Below, one piece after another: positions 51,425 through 64,000 of a stretch of DNA of 64,000 nucleotides (the stretch's first letter is position 1; every line of letters starts with the position of its first letter). The DNA is taken from the NCBI RefSeq assembly GCF_006345805.1, contig NC_042997.1, positions 194,122,001 through 194,186,000 on the forward strand, written 5' to 3'. The notes beneath the pieces were generated by a model that searched no databases, had not been told where the DNA came from, and worked only from the letters and a program-made list of their open reading frames with translations. Made by a program: the position numbers and the translations under genes. Source of the DNA: Octopus sinensis. Lineage: Eukaryota.

Positions 51425-51530
51425 TATATGTATGTATGTAAGTATGTATGTATGTATGTATATATGTATGTATGTATATATGTATGTATGTATTTATGTA
51501 TATATGTATGTATGTATGTATGTATGCATG
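50113..51530. repeat. ~1.4-kb imperfect (TATG)n array
   Basis: Directly visible; source of the MYVC ORFs. Confidence 0.98.
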
Positions 51531-52015
51531 TACATGTGCAGATTTGTATATTTTGCTTTATGTATGCATTCTCATGCACATAGTTGCATATCTAGACATG
51601 CTCATATATATTGAAATGCTAAACTTCTAGAAAGTCTTACAGATTTTTACAGTTCCACCGAGGGATTGAACCTGTAGTCTTCGAATTAGTTTTCTCCTTT
51701 CTGGTTTTTGAGAAGCGTAATTTCTCAAGATTGGTATTTAGGCAGTGCGTTACAGATTATGTATGTATGTATGTATGTATACCAACACATATCTATTAAT
51801 AGTGCTTTATGTCTGTGCTAACTGTTAACCGTACCGCCGCCGCCGCAGTTGGCAGTAGAAATGTCATCAAGACAATCTTTCCGCCATGCTTTTATGAACA
51901 AAATGTTATTTCTGACTCGTTGTGTTCGTGAGTGCGTGTGTGTGTGTGTGTGTGCGTGTTTGTGCGTGTGTGTGTTTGTGTACGTGTGTGTGTGTGTAAG
52001 GAGTATGTATATATA

Positions 52016-52080
<65 letters not shown>

Positions 52081-52368
52081 GTATATATGGCGATGCTCCA
52101 GCATGGCCACAGCTCGTGAGCTGAAACTAGATAAGATAAAAATATATATATATATATATGTATATACATATATACATATATACATTATATATACATACAT
52201 ATATACATGTATAATATATATATATATATACATTTATATATATATACATATACAAAATATATTATGCATATATATACGCATGTATATATGTATGCGTATA
52301 CATATATATATATATATACGTATACATATATACATATACATATATATATATATTATATATATTTATAT

Positions 52369-52397
<29 letters not shown>

Positions 52398-52399
<2 letters not shown>

Positions 52400-53038
52400 C
52401 TAGCAGTATCGCCCGGCGTTGCTCGGGTTTGTAAGGGAAATAACTATATAAGCATTTTTAGAGAGTTATAGCCAAAAAACAGCAAAAAATGCATTAAAAT
52501 GGAAAAAAAGATGATGGTAAATTTTTTGAAAAATCGTTGACTCATCGTAGACATTTTTAGAGAGTTACTTCCCTTATATAATAGCGAAAAAATGCATTAA
52601 AATGGAAAAGAAACGATGGTAAATTTTTTTTTAAATCGTAGACTCATGTAGACGCTTTCTTAGCCATTTCTGTTTTGGTGTCTTCAAGCCATGAAGTCGT
52701 TGTTCTAAAAGAACGCTGGTCTCCTTGACAACGCATTACGACGTTGATTTCCTTACACTCTCTTCCCCACAGGTGCAGGTGTGAGCGTGGACGCCAACTC
52801 CGCCGCCATCGACACACGAAAAATTATGCATTAAAATGGAATAAAAAATGATGTTAAATTATTTTTAAAATCGTAGACTCATCGTAGACGCGCGCTAATA
52901 CTCAGACGGGCTCGATATGAATCACGACTATAAGATACCCGAATTTTTGTTAAACTGCACCGCAAAATGTGGGAGTAGTTAGGAATCTAAATCGAAGGGG
53001 ACAGACACTCACACAACTACAGTTTTATATATATAGAT
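52398..53038 (+). mobile_element. Helitron/Helentron-type non-autonomous element
   Basis: 5' tactagcagtatcg + hairpin cccggcgttgctcggg; internal repeated blocks; 3' acagacac...ttttatatatatagat; inserted in (TA)n. Confidence 0.75.
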
Positions 53039-53044
53039 ATACAT

Positions 53045-53340
53045 AGCGCAGTAGTGGTGAGATGTGACAGCAAAGAAAAGCATACATTCACTCTCTGCAT
53101 GCAATTAGACTCGGAAAGTTCGTGAGGAACCCATTGACCCAATTTGCTGACTTTTCCGATAGCACACAGGTCTCAATGAATGGTTGAATGACCAAATCCA
53201 AGCTTCTCTGCTAGTTCCTCAACAGTTACGATGAGATTTTGTTCCACCAGGGTTTTCGGGATGTCCTTGTCGAGTTCTACAGATCTTTCAGGATGAGGCT
53301 CGTCTTCTAGGCTGTTCCAATATAGCTTTGAAAAAAATAG
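53045..53340 (-). mobile_element. Mariner transposase remnant
   Basis: SLEDEPHPERSVELD...TVEELAEKLGFGHSTIH*DLCAIGKVSKLGQWVPHELSE contains the WVPHEL signature. Confidence 0.9.
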
Positions 53341-53502
53341 CTGTTAAAATCGAAATGCACTCTTCAAAACTTGCACTATGAATAAGGACAAGATAAAATT
53401 ACTACCTGCTTTTATAGCAAGTTAATATAAGTAGTTTATCCCATTCCCCTCTGACTTTTAGTTCAAGCTGTTGAAAAAACCGCATTATTATATATATATA
53501 CA

Positions 53503-53534
<32 letters not shown>

Positions 53535-53764
53535 CACACACACTCTCTCTCACACACATATGCACACATTTATATTCTGTTATTCTTTTATATGTTTCAG
53601 CCTTGAGGTTGTGGCCATGCTGGATCATGTGTGTGTGTGTGTCTATCTGTCTGTCTGTCTGTATGTATATATGTATATGTATGTGTGTGAACAATAATAT
53701 TTTCAACAGATGTGTTGCAAATGTATCTGATTGTTCTCAAGCTTCAATACTGTGTGTGTGTGTA

Positions 53765-53795
<31 letters not shown>

Positions 53796-53862
53796 ATGTA
53801 TGTATGTATATGTATGTATGTATGTATGTGTGTATGTATGTGTGTGTGTATGTATGTATGTA

Positions 53863-53893
<31 letters not shown>

Positions 53894-54189
53894 ATGTATG
53901 TATGTATGAGTGTATGTTTACTTTATTACTAACACAAGCCACTACGGTTATTTAATGTAAAGTCTTCCTCAAATCACTATCTCTGGCTATTTACTCTCTT
54001 CCAAGAACATTTTCATTCACACTGATGTGTTAGCTTCCCATACATTTTACTCATGTATCTATCAGCGTGATAGAGAGAAACAAATATTACATCTAGTTTC
54101 ACTTTATTCGTTGCCCACTGTGTGTGTGCTTTTGCGTGTGGTGTAAACCAGACTAAGAAAAGCATTTGACACACACACCAGAATGTGAG

Positions 54190-54358
54190 TTTTCTGTAAA
54201 TTTTGCTTAATTGGAGTTTAAATTTTAAAAACTGGACCTGGCATGACGCGATGCATTGTACTCTCAAAAATGCTAGGTAAATTGTAATTGAAGAAATCCT
54301 ATATTGTAGATTTCTATAACTCCCAAAGGGAGGCAGATAAAATCTGCCTTTTATAATA

Positions 54359-54362
<4 letters not shown>
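54190..54362 (-). mobile_element. Possible Helitron 5' end
   Basis: (AT)n-TCTTATTATAAAAGGCAG start resembles Helitron 5' termini. Confidence 0.4.
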
Positions 54363-54403
<41 letters not shown>

Positions 54404-54728
54404 AATGTATGTTTATATCTGTATGTGTGTGTTTGTACTCGCATGTGTGTATGTGCTGGTAGATAAGTCTGTATGCATTTGTAGGAAATGTATGTGTGCG
54501 TGTGTGTGTGTGTGTGTGTGAGCGCGCGCGCGTGTGTATTTATTTGTTTGTAACAATTATTACGTTTATTTTCATACCTGATTTTCTTAACGTTTTATTT
54601 TTAGTTTGTTAGAAATATATATGAGTGGTTATGAGATATACAAACATAAATATTATGATATCTATATATATACAGACGGCTGATAAACTGATATTTATAT
54701 GAATGATTTCATGCAGAAGAGTGTGAAC

Positions 54729-54812
<84 letters not shown>

Positions 54813-54840
54813 GTGTGTGTGTATAATATATATATGTATG

Positions 54841-54873
<33 letters not shown>

Positions 54874-54976
54874 ATACATATATGTATATATATACATATA
54901 TATATGTATAAATATGTATATATATGCATATATAATGTATATGTGTATATATGTATATATATATATATTTATATAG

Positions 54977-55047
<71 letters not shown>

Positions 55048-55050
55048 ATA

Positions 55051-55081
<31 letters not shown>

Positions 55082-55240
55082 TGTATATTCTATATATAAA
55101 CACATATATATTATATATATAGATGTATCATATATATATATATTTCATATATATTTCATATATATATTGTGTATATATATATATATATATATTCACATGC
55201 ATATGCACACACACGCACATACAGACACGCATACATATAA

Positions 55241-55271
<31 letters not shown>

Positions 55272-56076
55272 TACACACGCGCGCACCACACGCACATACA
55301 CATATCTATTAAGCCTTGCATTCTGCCTGTTTTAAACCTGTTAGACGCACTCCCCAACCAGCGGTTCGTGTGGAAGGTAACAACCCTGTTGGAAGCCCCA
55401 CCAGTTAAGAAATGCACCGAAAAAATGTTATGGTACCCTATCCCAGTCGATACTGTTGATATTATTAATATTTTTATACGGGAAGGTGAATTAGTACTCG
55501 CTGCTCACGGCAAAAACATACAATTGCTTAGTGGGTTGTAGGGAGAGCCATAAATAAGGTCAGGGGTAGCGGGTGCTTTTGAAGATACCTCGACCACAAA
55601 GGTAGGCTGTTGTTGCTGTTGTTGTTGTTGGGACCCACTTCAACCCTAATCGAGCAGACAGACTTATGATTTATGTCATTCCCTCCCAGACCATACCCCC
55701 TTTTTTTTTTATATGACTACGAGGGACTTACACTGTATATTATCTAAGATGGTAAGGTATAAAAGTAAGAACAACTTGTTTGCTATTTCTAGCAGATAAA
55801 AACGACCACGAACGGGTTTCTTCAGGTGTTAGTTATGTTACGTATATTGTTTCGTATTGCCAGAGATGCTTCGCCCATTATTGTTTCTAATTTAGACACA
55901 AGGCCAGCAATTTTAAGTGGAGGGGTTAGACGATGCTATCAAGGTCAGTACTTGACTGGTACTTTATTTTATCAATCCCGGAGAATTGAAAGGAAGGCAC
56001 AGTTGATCTCGTTAGAAATTTAGGATTTAATCCAGTCATGAACAAACTGCGGCCCGCGTGACATTCTCTCTTTTTT

Positions 56077-56610
56077 TTACTCTCTTTGACTTGTTTCAGT
56101 CATTTGACTGCAGCCATGCTGGAGCACCACCTTTTAGTCGAGCAAATCGATCCCATGACATTCTTTTTACGCCTAGTACTTATCCTATCGGTCTCTTTTG
56201 CGGAACCGCTAAATTACGGGGACGTAAACACACCAGCATCGGTTGTCAAACGATGTTAGGGGGTTGGAACAAACACAGACACACAAACATATACACACAC
56301 GCACACATACATACATACATACATACATACATACATACATACATACATACATACATACTTACATACATATGTATGTATGTATGTATGTGTGTGTATGTGT
56401 TTGTGTGTCTGTGTTTTTCCCCACCAACATCGATTGACAACCGATGCTAGTGTGTTTGTGTCTTTGTAACTTAGCGGTTCGGCAAAAGAGAGCAATAGAA
56501 TTAGTACTAGGCTTACAAAGAATATGTCCTGGGGTCAATTTGCTCAACTAAAGGCGGTGCTCCAACATGGCTACACTCAAATGACTGAAACAAGTAAAAG
56601 AGTAAAAGAG
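56077..56610. mobile_element. Inverted pair of SINE family B 3' halves hinged on CATA/TATG repeats
   Basis: 56077-56290 (-) and ~56395-56610 (+) are reverse complements. Confidence 0.92.
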
Positions 56611-56613
56611 AGA

Positions 56614-57163
56614 GCAGATTCCTAAGTTTTCGATGACGGAGTTTCCGAATATGCAAAAAATCACGTTTTCAAAATTTCAAATTCCACCCCCGCCACTCCT
56701 CCAAATCTTTTAAATTTTAACTTTTTTCGAATTTTTTTTTTTTTTTTGTCAATTTACGTGGGGAAATACGGAGATTAACAATACGACAAACAAAAACATA
56801 ATTTCAAATTTTATATGAAAAACTCCAAATTTGATCCACACACCCCTCGCCACCCATCAAAAGAGGGTGCGCGTGCGCAACAATTTCTACCGCTCACTGA
56901 AAATGAACGGCTGAAACAAGTGAAACAGCTTGTTTTATATACCTGTTGTATATGTCGGTCTTGCTCTTTCGCTTTAAAGGTAAACGATTCTCATAGACGC
57001 AAATACGATATTGTTAATCTCCGTATTTTTCCACGTAGATTGAAGAAAAAATTCGAAAAATATTAAAAATTTACAAATTGGGAGAGGGTGGAATTTAAAA
57101 TTTTAAAAACGTGATTTTTTTTGCATATTCGGAATTTCCGTCATCGAAAATCTAGGAACCCGC
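56614..57163. mobile_element. Inverted-repeat element (arms of at least ~120 bp)
   Basis: gcagattcctaagttttcgatgacggag...cacgtttt versus aaaacgtg...ccgtcatcgaaaatctaggaacccgc; left end probably cut by the SINE. Confidence 0.8.
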
Positions 57164-57329
57164 TGAAAAAAAGAAAAAAAAGTTCCGAAAGCTCGGTTTT
57201 TGTGTGGGGCCGGGGTGACTGTCGTCCACCAGTATAAAAAGCATATAATAGGATTTATTTAAACATTGAATGTGTATGGGGATCCAGTAGAATAAAATAG
57301 GAATCAAAAGGATCCATACAAAAAAAATG

Positions 57330-58118
57330 GGATCTTTACCTTTTGACCGACAGATTTAAAAAATAATTTTTTGTAACTAAACACTTTCAAACTTCGGACA
57401 CTGGTAGAATGTGTCATATAAAACATCTTTTACTCTTAACGATTTTGAGAAAAGCTTATATTTACGAAGTTATTTCACGTTAAAGTTGTCGTATTTCGGT
57501 AATTTCAACCAATCAATGACGTGTATTCAGCTGAATAAAATTACTGCTGTTGTTTGTCAACAATAACTTCCGGCGGTGTTTATTTCGTTTGCCACTGTTA
57601 TTTATGACAACCCTAACCCTAAAACCCTAACCCTAACCCTAACCTTATAACCCTAACCCTAAACCCTAAAACCCTAACCCTAACCCTAAAACCCTAACCA
57701 TAACACCCTAACCCTGAAAACCCTAACACTAACCCTAAAACCTTAACCTTAAAACCCTAACCCTAACCTTAAAACCCTAACCTTAAAACCCTAACCCTAA
57801 AACCTTAAAGCTAATACCAGTACAAACGCACGAACGATGTTATAAATAACAGTGACAAACGAAAAATACACCGCCGATAGTTGTTGTTGGCAAACAACAG
57901 CAGTAATTTTATTCAGCTCAATACACGTCATTGATTGGTTGAAATTACTGAAATAGGACAACTTTAACGTGAAATAATTTCGTAAATATAAGTTTTTCCT
58001 CAAAAACGCTCAGAGTAAAATATGTTTTATATGACACATTCTACCAGTGTCCGAAGTTTGAAAGTGTTTAGTTACAAAAAATTATTTTTTAAATCTGTCG
58101 GTCAAAAGGTAAAGATCC
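57330..58118. mobile_element. Non-autonomous long-TIR DNA transposon with telomeric-repeat core and 7-bp TSD
   Basis: TIRs 57330-57608 and 57838-58118 starting GGATCTTTACC; core of CCCTAA and CCCTAAAA units at 57609-57808; aaaaatg at 57323-57329 and 58119-58125. Confidence 0.88.
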
Positions 58119-58516
58119 AAAAATGTTTGAGAACCACTGAAATACAGTAACTTTAATCTAGTCTCCTAACATAAAAAACATCCCCATCTGTGATATAATC
58201 ATTCTGTATAGATGTGTGCGATAACCATTTATGTGTCCTCTCCGTTGAGCTAGCAAAGACTTTAAATCCTGCCAAGAGCATTATCAAATTATATCTCTAT
58301 TCACATAAGACCTTTATAGCTATTTTGATATAGATATATTTTTTTGTGTGGTGCATGTATGGAGAATAACTTTTTAGTTTCGTAATCTATCCCTAGCGTA
58401 TAAGTTTTAGTGCTCCCTATTATCTTAAGAGTGCGTACAGTAAGACTTCAATGGCAAAATTGTTAAACCGCTTCATTTCCTCGGTTTTACAATTAGCAAG
58501 CAATTTACATCTCATT

Positions 58517-58517
58517 G

Positions 58518-58601
<84 letters not shown>

Positions 58602-58657
58602 TATTATTATCATTATTATTATCATTTTTATTTTTATTATTATTATTACTATTAATA

Positions 58658-58739
<82 letters not shown>

Positions 58740-58780
58740 TATCATTTTTATTATTATCATTATCATTATTATTATCATTA

Positions 58781-58828
<48 letters not shown>

Positions 58829-58877
58829 TATTATTATATTATTATTATTATCATTATATTATTATTATTATTATTAC

Positions 58878-58950
<73 letters not shown>

Positions 58951-58990
58951 TATCATTATTATTATTATCATTATTATTATTATTATTATT
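58517..58990. repeat. ~470-bp (TTA/TCA)n array
   Basis: Directly visible. Confidence 0.97.
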
Positions 58991-59344
58991 TGTCTAGGGG
59001 CAGTGTTTCTCATAAGGGGCCAATAAAGGGGTTGAAAGAGGAGCTGACAAATTACCATGTTTCATGAAATTAAGATATCAAAAAAAGAAAAAAAAATTAA
59101 GCTGATCCCAACATCATGGCAAAGGAAGAGAATTCATATGGGTGCAAACCCTTCTCTGTCTTCCCACTAATAAAGAGGTGGGAGGAGGCAAATTTTTTCA
59201 ATATTTTTCGAAGTGAGGAGGGGGTTGTTATTTGTCAGTTTGTGGATCGCTGCCCAAGAGTAACATTTCTATTAAACTAAACATTTAATAGAGGGCGTTC
59301 GTTCTCTTTTTGTGTTTGTTTATCTTTACTTTTGGTAAAGTAGG

Positions 59345-59568
59345 TACGAGGGAGTGGTGAAAAGTTCCTGGTTTGGGTTAAAAGAAAATACGGGCGAATC
59401 AGTTAATTATGATTTTATTCAACGTATTCACCTCTAAAATGCACACACTTATTGCAGTGGACCTTCAGTTTTTCTAAACCCTGTAAAAGATTTCGGAAGG
59501 TTGGGCCTCCGACCAGGCCATTCGCGATACCCTTAAAGCCAGGAGCTTTTCAGTACTCACCCCGTTTA
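59345..59568. mobile_element. Mariner-type MITE
   Basis: tacgagggagtggtgaaaagttcctgg versus ccaggagcttttcagtactcaccccgt. Confidence 0.85.
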
Positions 59569-61544
59569 TAGGTTGGTAAACCTTGGACATCACTATCTCG
59601 AGTCCTAGGATTGCCCGAGTCCCATGGGGTATAAGTGACCGCGGTCATAACATATCCCTAAATGGGTCACCGGTCAGTTGCAAGTTAACTTCTCAGCTAT
59701 TGCTGGAACTCATTTTCTGCTGAGAAGCATAGAGCAAAATGAAATGAAGTGTTTTGCTCACGGACACAACACATCAGTGATCTAGGAATTGAGACTGCGA
59801 TCTTTCAATCGCGAGTTTTTTGGGGGTTTTTTTGTGAAGAAATAAAATATTTACCGTAAGGACTTGGTAAAAGGAGCGAATGTGTATGAAAGAGATAACG
59901 TTTCATGAAGAATAAAAGGTAAGAGAGCAGATGGAGAACAGTATATAAAGGGTGATAGATAGAGTTATTATGAACTTTGACGTTCGGAGTTCAAATCCCG
60001 TTTGGATTACCTTTGACTTATTTACTTTCGAGGTCGATAAAATAAAACTCTAGTATGTAGTGTATGGTGAGGATGTGTGTGTTTGTCAGCCTGGTGAGTG
60101 ATCCACAGTGTAAATGTATGCATATGTGTATGTGTATGTGTGTGTGTGTCTACTGTGTATCGTATACGTGTTTGGTGTGAGGTGTTTGTGGTGCATTTTA
60201 ATGATGTAGAGTGTGTGTGTGAGTGTATGTGTGTGTATGTGTGTGTATGTGTGTGCATAGTGTATGTGAGAGTGAGAGAAAAACACAGACAGATAAGACA
60301 GAGAGATGAGTGTTATATACATGTATATGCGAAAGAGAGAAAGCATGTGTGTGTGTGTGTATGTATGTGTGTGTATGTTTGTGTGTGTGTATGTATGTGT
60401 GTGTATGCATGTGTGTGTATGTATATGTGTGTGTGTGTGCGTGTGTGTATGACCTACATAATTGGAAACTTGAAAAGTTTCAAGCCATATCTTAAACCAC
60501 ACACACACACACACACATACACACATACACACACATACACACATACACACACATACACACATACACACACACACACACGCACATGCACACACACACATAC
60601 ACACACACACACACGCACGAAGAGAGAGGAGGTGAAAGTCTGGCTGTATGTACGATCGTATACGTTTCATACTTAGTATGAAAGATAAATGTGTTTATAG
60701 GCTGGAATGGCAGATGTGGTTTGGGGGCGTTCTTAGTGATGTTAAACCTGGAATTGAAGCTGGCAACTTATTAAATATGAAGGGACCGATACAGGGTCCT
60801 CATTGTTTACATGTCAACTGTCAGTATCAGAAGCCACATAAATCATAGATAATAATGTCCTATGTGTGTGTGTGTCTGTGCCTGTGTGTGAGAGAGACAA
60901 ACAGACAGACAGACAGAGATAAGGAGGAAATGAGAGAGAAAGGGTGAGTTGGTATCTGATTAGTAGAGTGGGGAAGGGGGAAGCTCAGGAAATTATTAAA
61001 CCAAATTCTTCGTCAAATGTAAATCAGCCCTCTCAATATCATTTGAGTTCAAATGCCACCGAGATCGACTTTGCTTTTCATCCTTTTGGGGTCGATAAAA
61101 TAAGTACGAGCTGAACACCGGGATCGATGTAATCGACTTATCCTCTTCTCCAAAATTGCCGGCTTTGTGCCAAAATTTGAAACCAATATTATTTGGTTCA
61201 TACATACATACATACATACATACATACATACATACATACATACATACATACATACAAAGCTGAAGATAAGTGAAAAAGAGAATACCTACGCTGAACTATA
61301 GAGAAATTTGCAGTTACTCTTTGGTCGGCCCGAAGTTAAAGTGGAAGACACTTGCTCAAGGTGCCACGCAGTAGGACTGAACCTGGAACCAGGCAGCTGT
61401 GTAGCAAGAAGTTTGCTTCTTGCCACAGTCACGCCTGTTGATTTTGTAGTGAGAAAGTGTGCAATTAATGGTGGTACCGTGTAATCATTGGTAGATAACT
61501 TCAGTTTTCAGGCTTTAATTATCTAATTCATTGAATATACCTCA

Positions 61545-61890
61545 GATAGACATCACCAAAGACGGCTGGGAGAAGTGCACGTGACTGAATCGCGTCTCCC
61601 CAACAGCATTCTCTATGGCCAGTTAGATCATGGTCACTGTCTTGTTGAGGAACCAAAGAGGTTGTTCAAAGTCCGGCTGAATATCACTTTGAAGAGAAGC
61701 AACATCAACTCTTCAAAAGAGGTAAACGTCACTAGCTTCTGTTCACTTAAGCTAGTTTACAATTGAAGATGCGTTTACAATATGGAGGAAAACCGCACTT
61801 AATACAACCGAGAGAAACGGAAAAAGTGTGCCCTTTTTTGTCTCATTTCAGCAGCCATTGCCAGGGATGCATCGGGTTTCTCAGTACTTT
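61545..61890 (+). mobile_element. RTE-clade LINE 3' fragment
   Basis: ESRLPNSILYGQLDHGHCLVEEPKRLFKVRLNITLKRSNI; a ~50-bp terminal segment is repeated at 61951-62003. Confidence 0.75.
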
Positions 61891-62767
61891 TATCAATGTG
61901 ATATTTGGAGTAGTTTTGTTCTGAAAGCTTATTCTTAAGCGCCTCAGTGGGCCCTTTTTTGTCTCATTTCTGCAGCCATTGCCAGTGATACATCGGGTTT
62001 CTTCAACCCAAAATTTATGCGTCTTGGTTTCACCGAAGTTCTACACCAAGGATTGGAGTGCACATTCATTAAAGGAGCCACGAATTTAGTAGAAAATGGC
62101 CATCATCACTAAGCTATCAAGTATATTTCGGCGATGTTTTATCATTGAAAAATTTTAACGTCTGCTTAAACACTGATAAAACGGTACTTTTCAAGAAAAA
62201 TCCTTTGTGACGTTAACTGTCAGGTTTGCTGTATTATAAACCGAATAACATTAAACCGAATTAGTTTCTCTGCTGATAATAGTGAAATCATTGACCTCAT
62301 ACCGTGACATGACTTCTCCCTGATGACACTGGAATACATAACCTCATATTGTTATACAACCTCTGACACCATGTCTCCACATACGGTTATATACATTGCA
62401 TGATAGTGTATTTTTACAAAATGCGATACAAGCTTCGTTGTAGCACTCCCTCCACTGGAGTTTTAACAGCCAACCTTCTGCCACGTGACGTCACAGCAGA
62501 CAATAGAAAAGTCATTTACACACTTCATTCACTTACTAAAACACACGAGCCAACCAATGAACCTCCGCGCGTTCGTTCGGACTACTAGAAACAACAGCCA
62601 AATTTCCCTTAAATCACACCCTACGTTCTGAGTTTAAATTCTGCTGAGATCGTCTTTGCCTTTCATCCTTTCGAGGGTGATAAAATAAATACCAGTCGGG
62701 TATTGGGGATTGATGTAATCGACTTACCCTCTTCACGAAAGTACTGGCCTTATGCTTATTGTAGAAA

Positions 62768-62819
<52 letters not shown>

Positions 62820-63372
62820 GAGTGAGAGAGCAGTTCATGCCATCAAAGTGACACTGGGGTAAAATATACGAAGCCCAATATACCCATCATGACTACCCGT
62901 CTGATAAAGGTACCCAGGCACATGCATCACACCATATGTGCGCGACATGGTGATCTCATATCAAGATAAACAACACATGACCTTGCAGGTGGGGCCCAGT
63001 TAGAATTTTCTTCAGGTTGAGTAGCCCATCCTGCTCAAACGGTCCCTGAATAAGGGTTGCTTTAGGATGTTGAACGAAACACCTATGTTTCCAGAGGTGA
63101 ACCATTCAAACTCCAAAGAATCCCTCTCAACACATGGCCATGATGCTCCCCCACTACTTCTGCTCGTGATCAGAGATGCACATATCGTCAGCCACTAAGG
63201 GACATGCTCAACTGGTTAAGGTCAAACAACTGACAAGCAAACCTGTGGTATTGAGCAGAATATTTGCTGTAGCCCATCTTTTATACCAAGACAAAACAAT
63301 GTACATGATAACACTTCCAGTCAGTTAAGATCAGAAGCCATGAGAGCCACTGCCTGGTACTGCATCAGGGCA

Positions 63373-63374
<2 letters not shown>
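62820..63374. mobile_element. ~555-bp interspersed element embedded in (TTA)n, copy 1
   Basis: gagtgagagagcag...tactgcatcagggcat with TTA tracts on both sides; no ORF or TIR seen. Confidence 0.85.
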
Positions 63375-63430
<56 letters not shown>

Positions 63431-63455
63431 TATTATTATTATTATTATTATTATT

Positions 63456-64000
63456 GTGTGAGAGAGCAGTGCATGCCATCAAAGTGACACTGGGGTAAAA
63501 TATACGAAGCCCAGTATATCCATAACGACTACCCGTCTGATAAGGGTACGCCAGGCATGTGCATCACAACCGTATGTGCGCGACATAGTGATCTCATATC
63601 AAGATAGCGCATGTCCTTGCAAGTGAGGTCCATTTTCTTCAGGTCGAGTTGCCCATTCCACTCAAATGATTCCTGAATAAGAGTTGTTTAAGGATGTTGA
63701 ACGAAACATCCATATTTCCAAAGGTGAATTATCCAAACCTCAAAGAATTCCTCTCAACACATGACTAGGATGCTCCCCAGCTACTTCTACTCGTGATCAG
63801 GGATGCACATATCGTCAGCCATTAAGGAACATGCTTAACTGGTTATTGTCAAACAACTGACAAGCAAATTTGTGGTATCGAGCAGAATATTTGCTGTAGC
63901 CCATCTTTTATACCAAGACAAAACAATGTACACGATAACATTTCCAATCAGTTAAGATCAGAAGCCATGAGAGTCAGTGCCTGGTACTGCATCAAGGCAT
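63456..64000. mobile_element. Same (TTA)n-embedded element, copy 2
   Basis: Collinear with copy 1 over its full length with many substitutions and small indels. Confidence 0.85.

Noticed and set aside
57609-57808. True telomere or chromosome-fusion scar
   Set aside because: Short, single orientation, and enclosed by TIRs with a TSD
60700-60760. [12 protein letters not shown] as the EMI C-terminal half
   Set aside because: Lacks the diagnostic CC pair

Overview
AT-rich, very repeat-dense eukaryotic DNA, essentially intronic or intergenic. From recall of the repeat families (no database search) it looks like an octopus or other coleoid cephalopod genome. A 100-N scaffold gap (14964-15063) joins two contigs. 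Nearly every ORF in the supplied track is a microsatellite or transposon artefact. I can support one host coding exon, which the track misses: 40114-40230 (+), 117 nt, phase 2-2, with good splice signals, encoding the N-terminal half of an EMILIN/EMID-type EMI domain (RWCPYFRSRLMPCLEVSGHETYLSRNWHHCTGYRCAKY). The rest is three tRNA-derived SINE families (called A, B and C here), LINE remnants (RTE, L1/Tx1, R4/Dong), Tc1/mariner remnants and MITEs, hAT and Helitron-type non-autonomous elements, Penelope-type repeats and large microsatellites. The most interesting items are: several minimal hammerhead-ribozyme motifs, one nearly canonical and one fused to a tRNA-derived Pol III head; Dong 3' ends stacked in the (ATT)n tail of a Tx1 element; a second (TAA)n-embedded element; a long-TIR element with a telomeric-repeat core; and nested inverted SINE pairs bracketing the EMI exon. 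Repeat coordinates are hand-read and approximate (about +/-10-20 nt). Family names are by motif recall.
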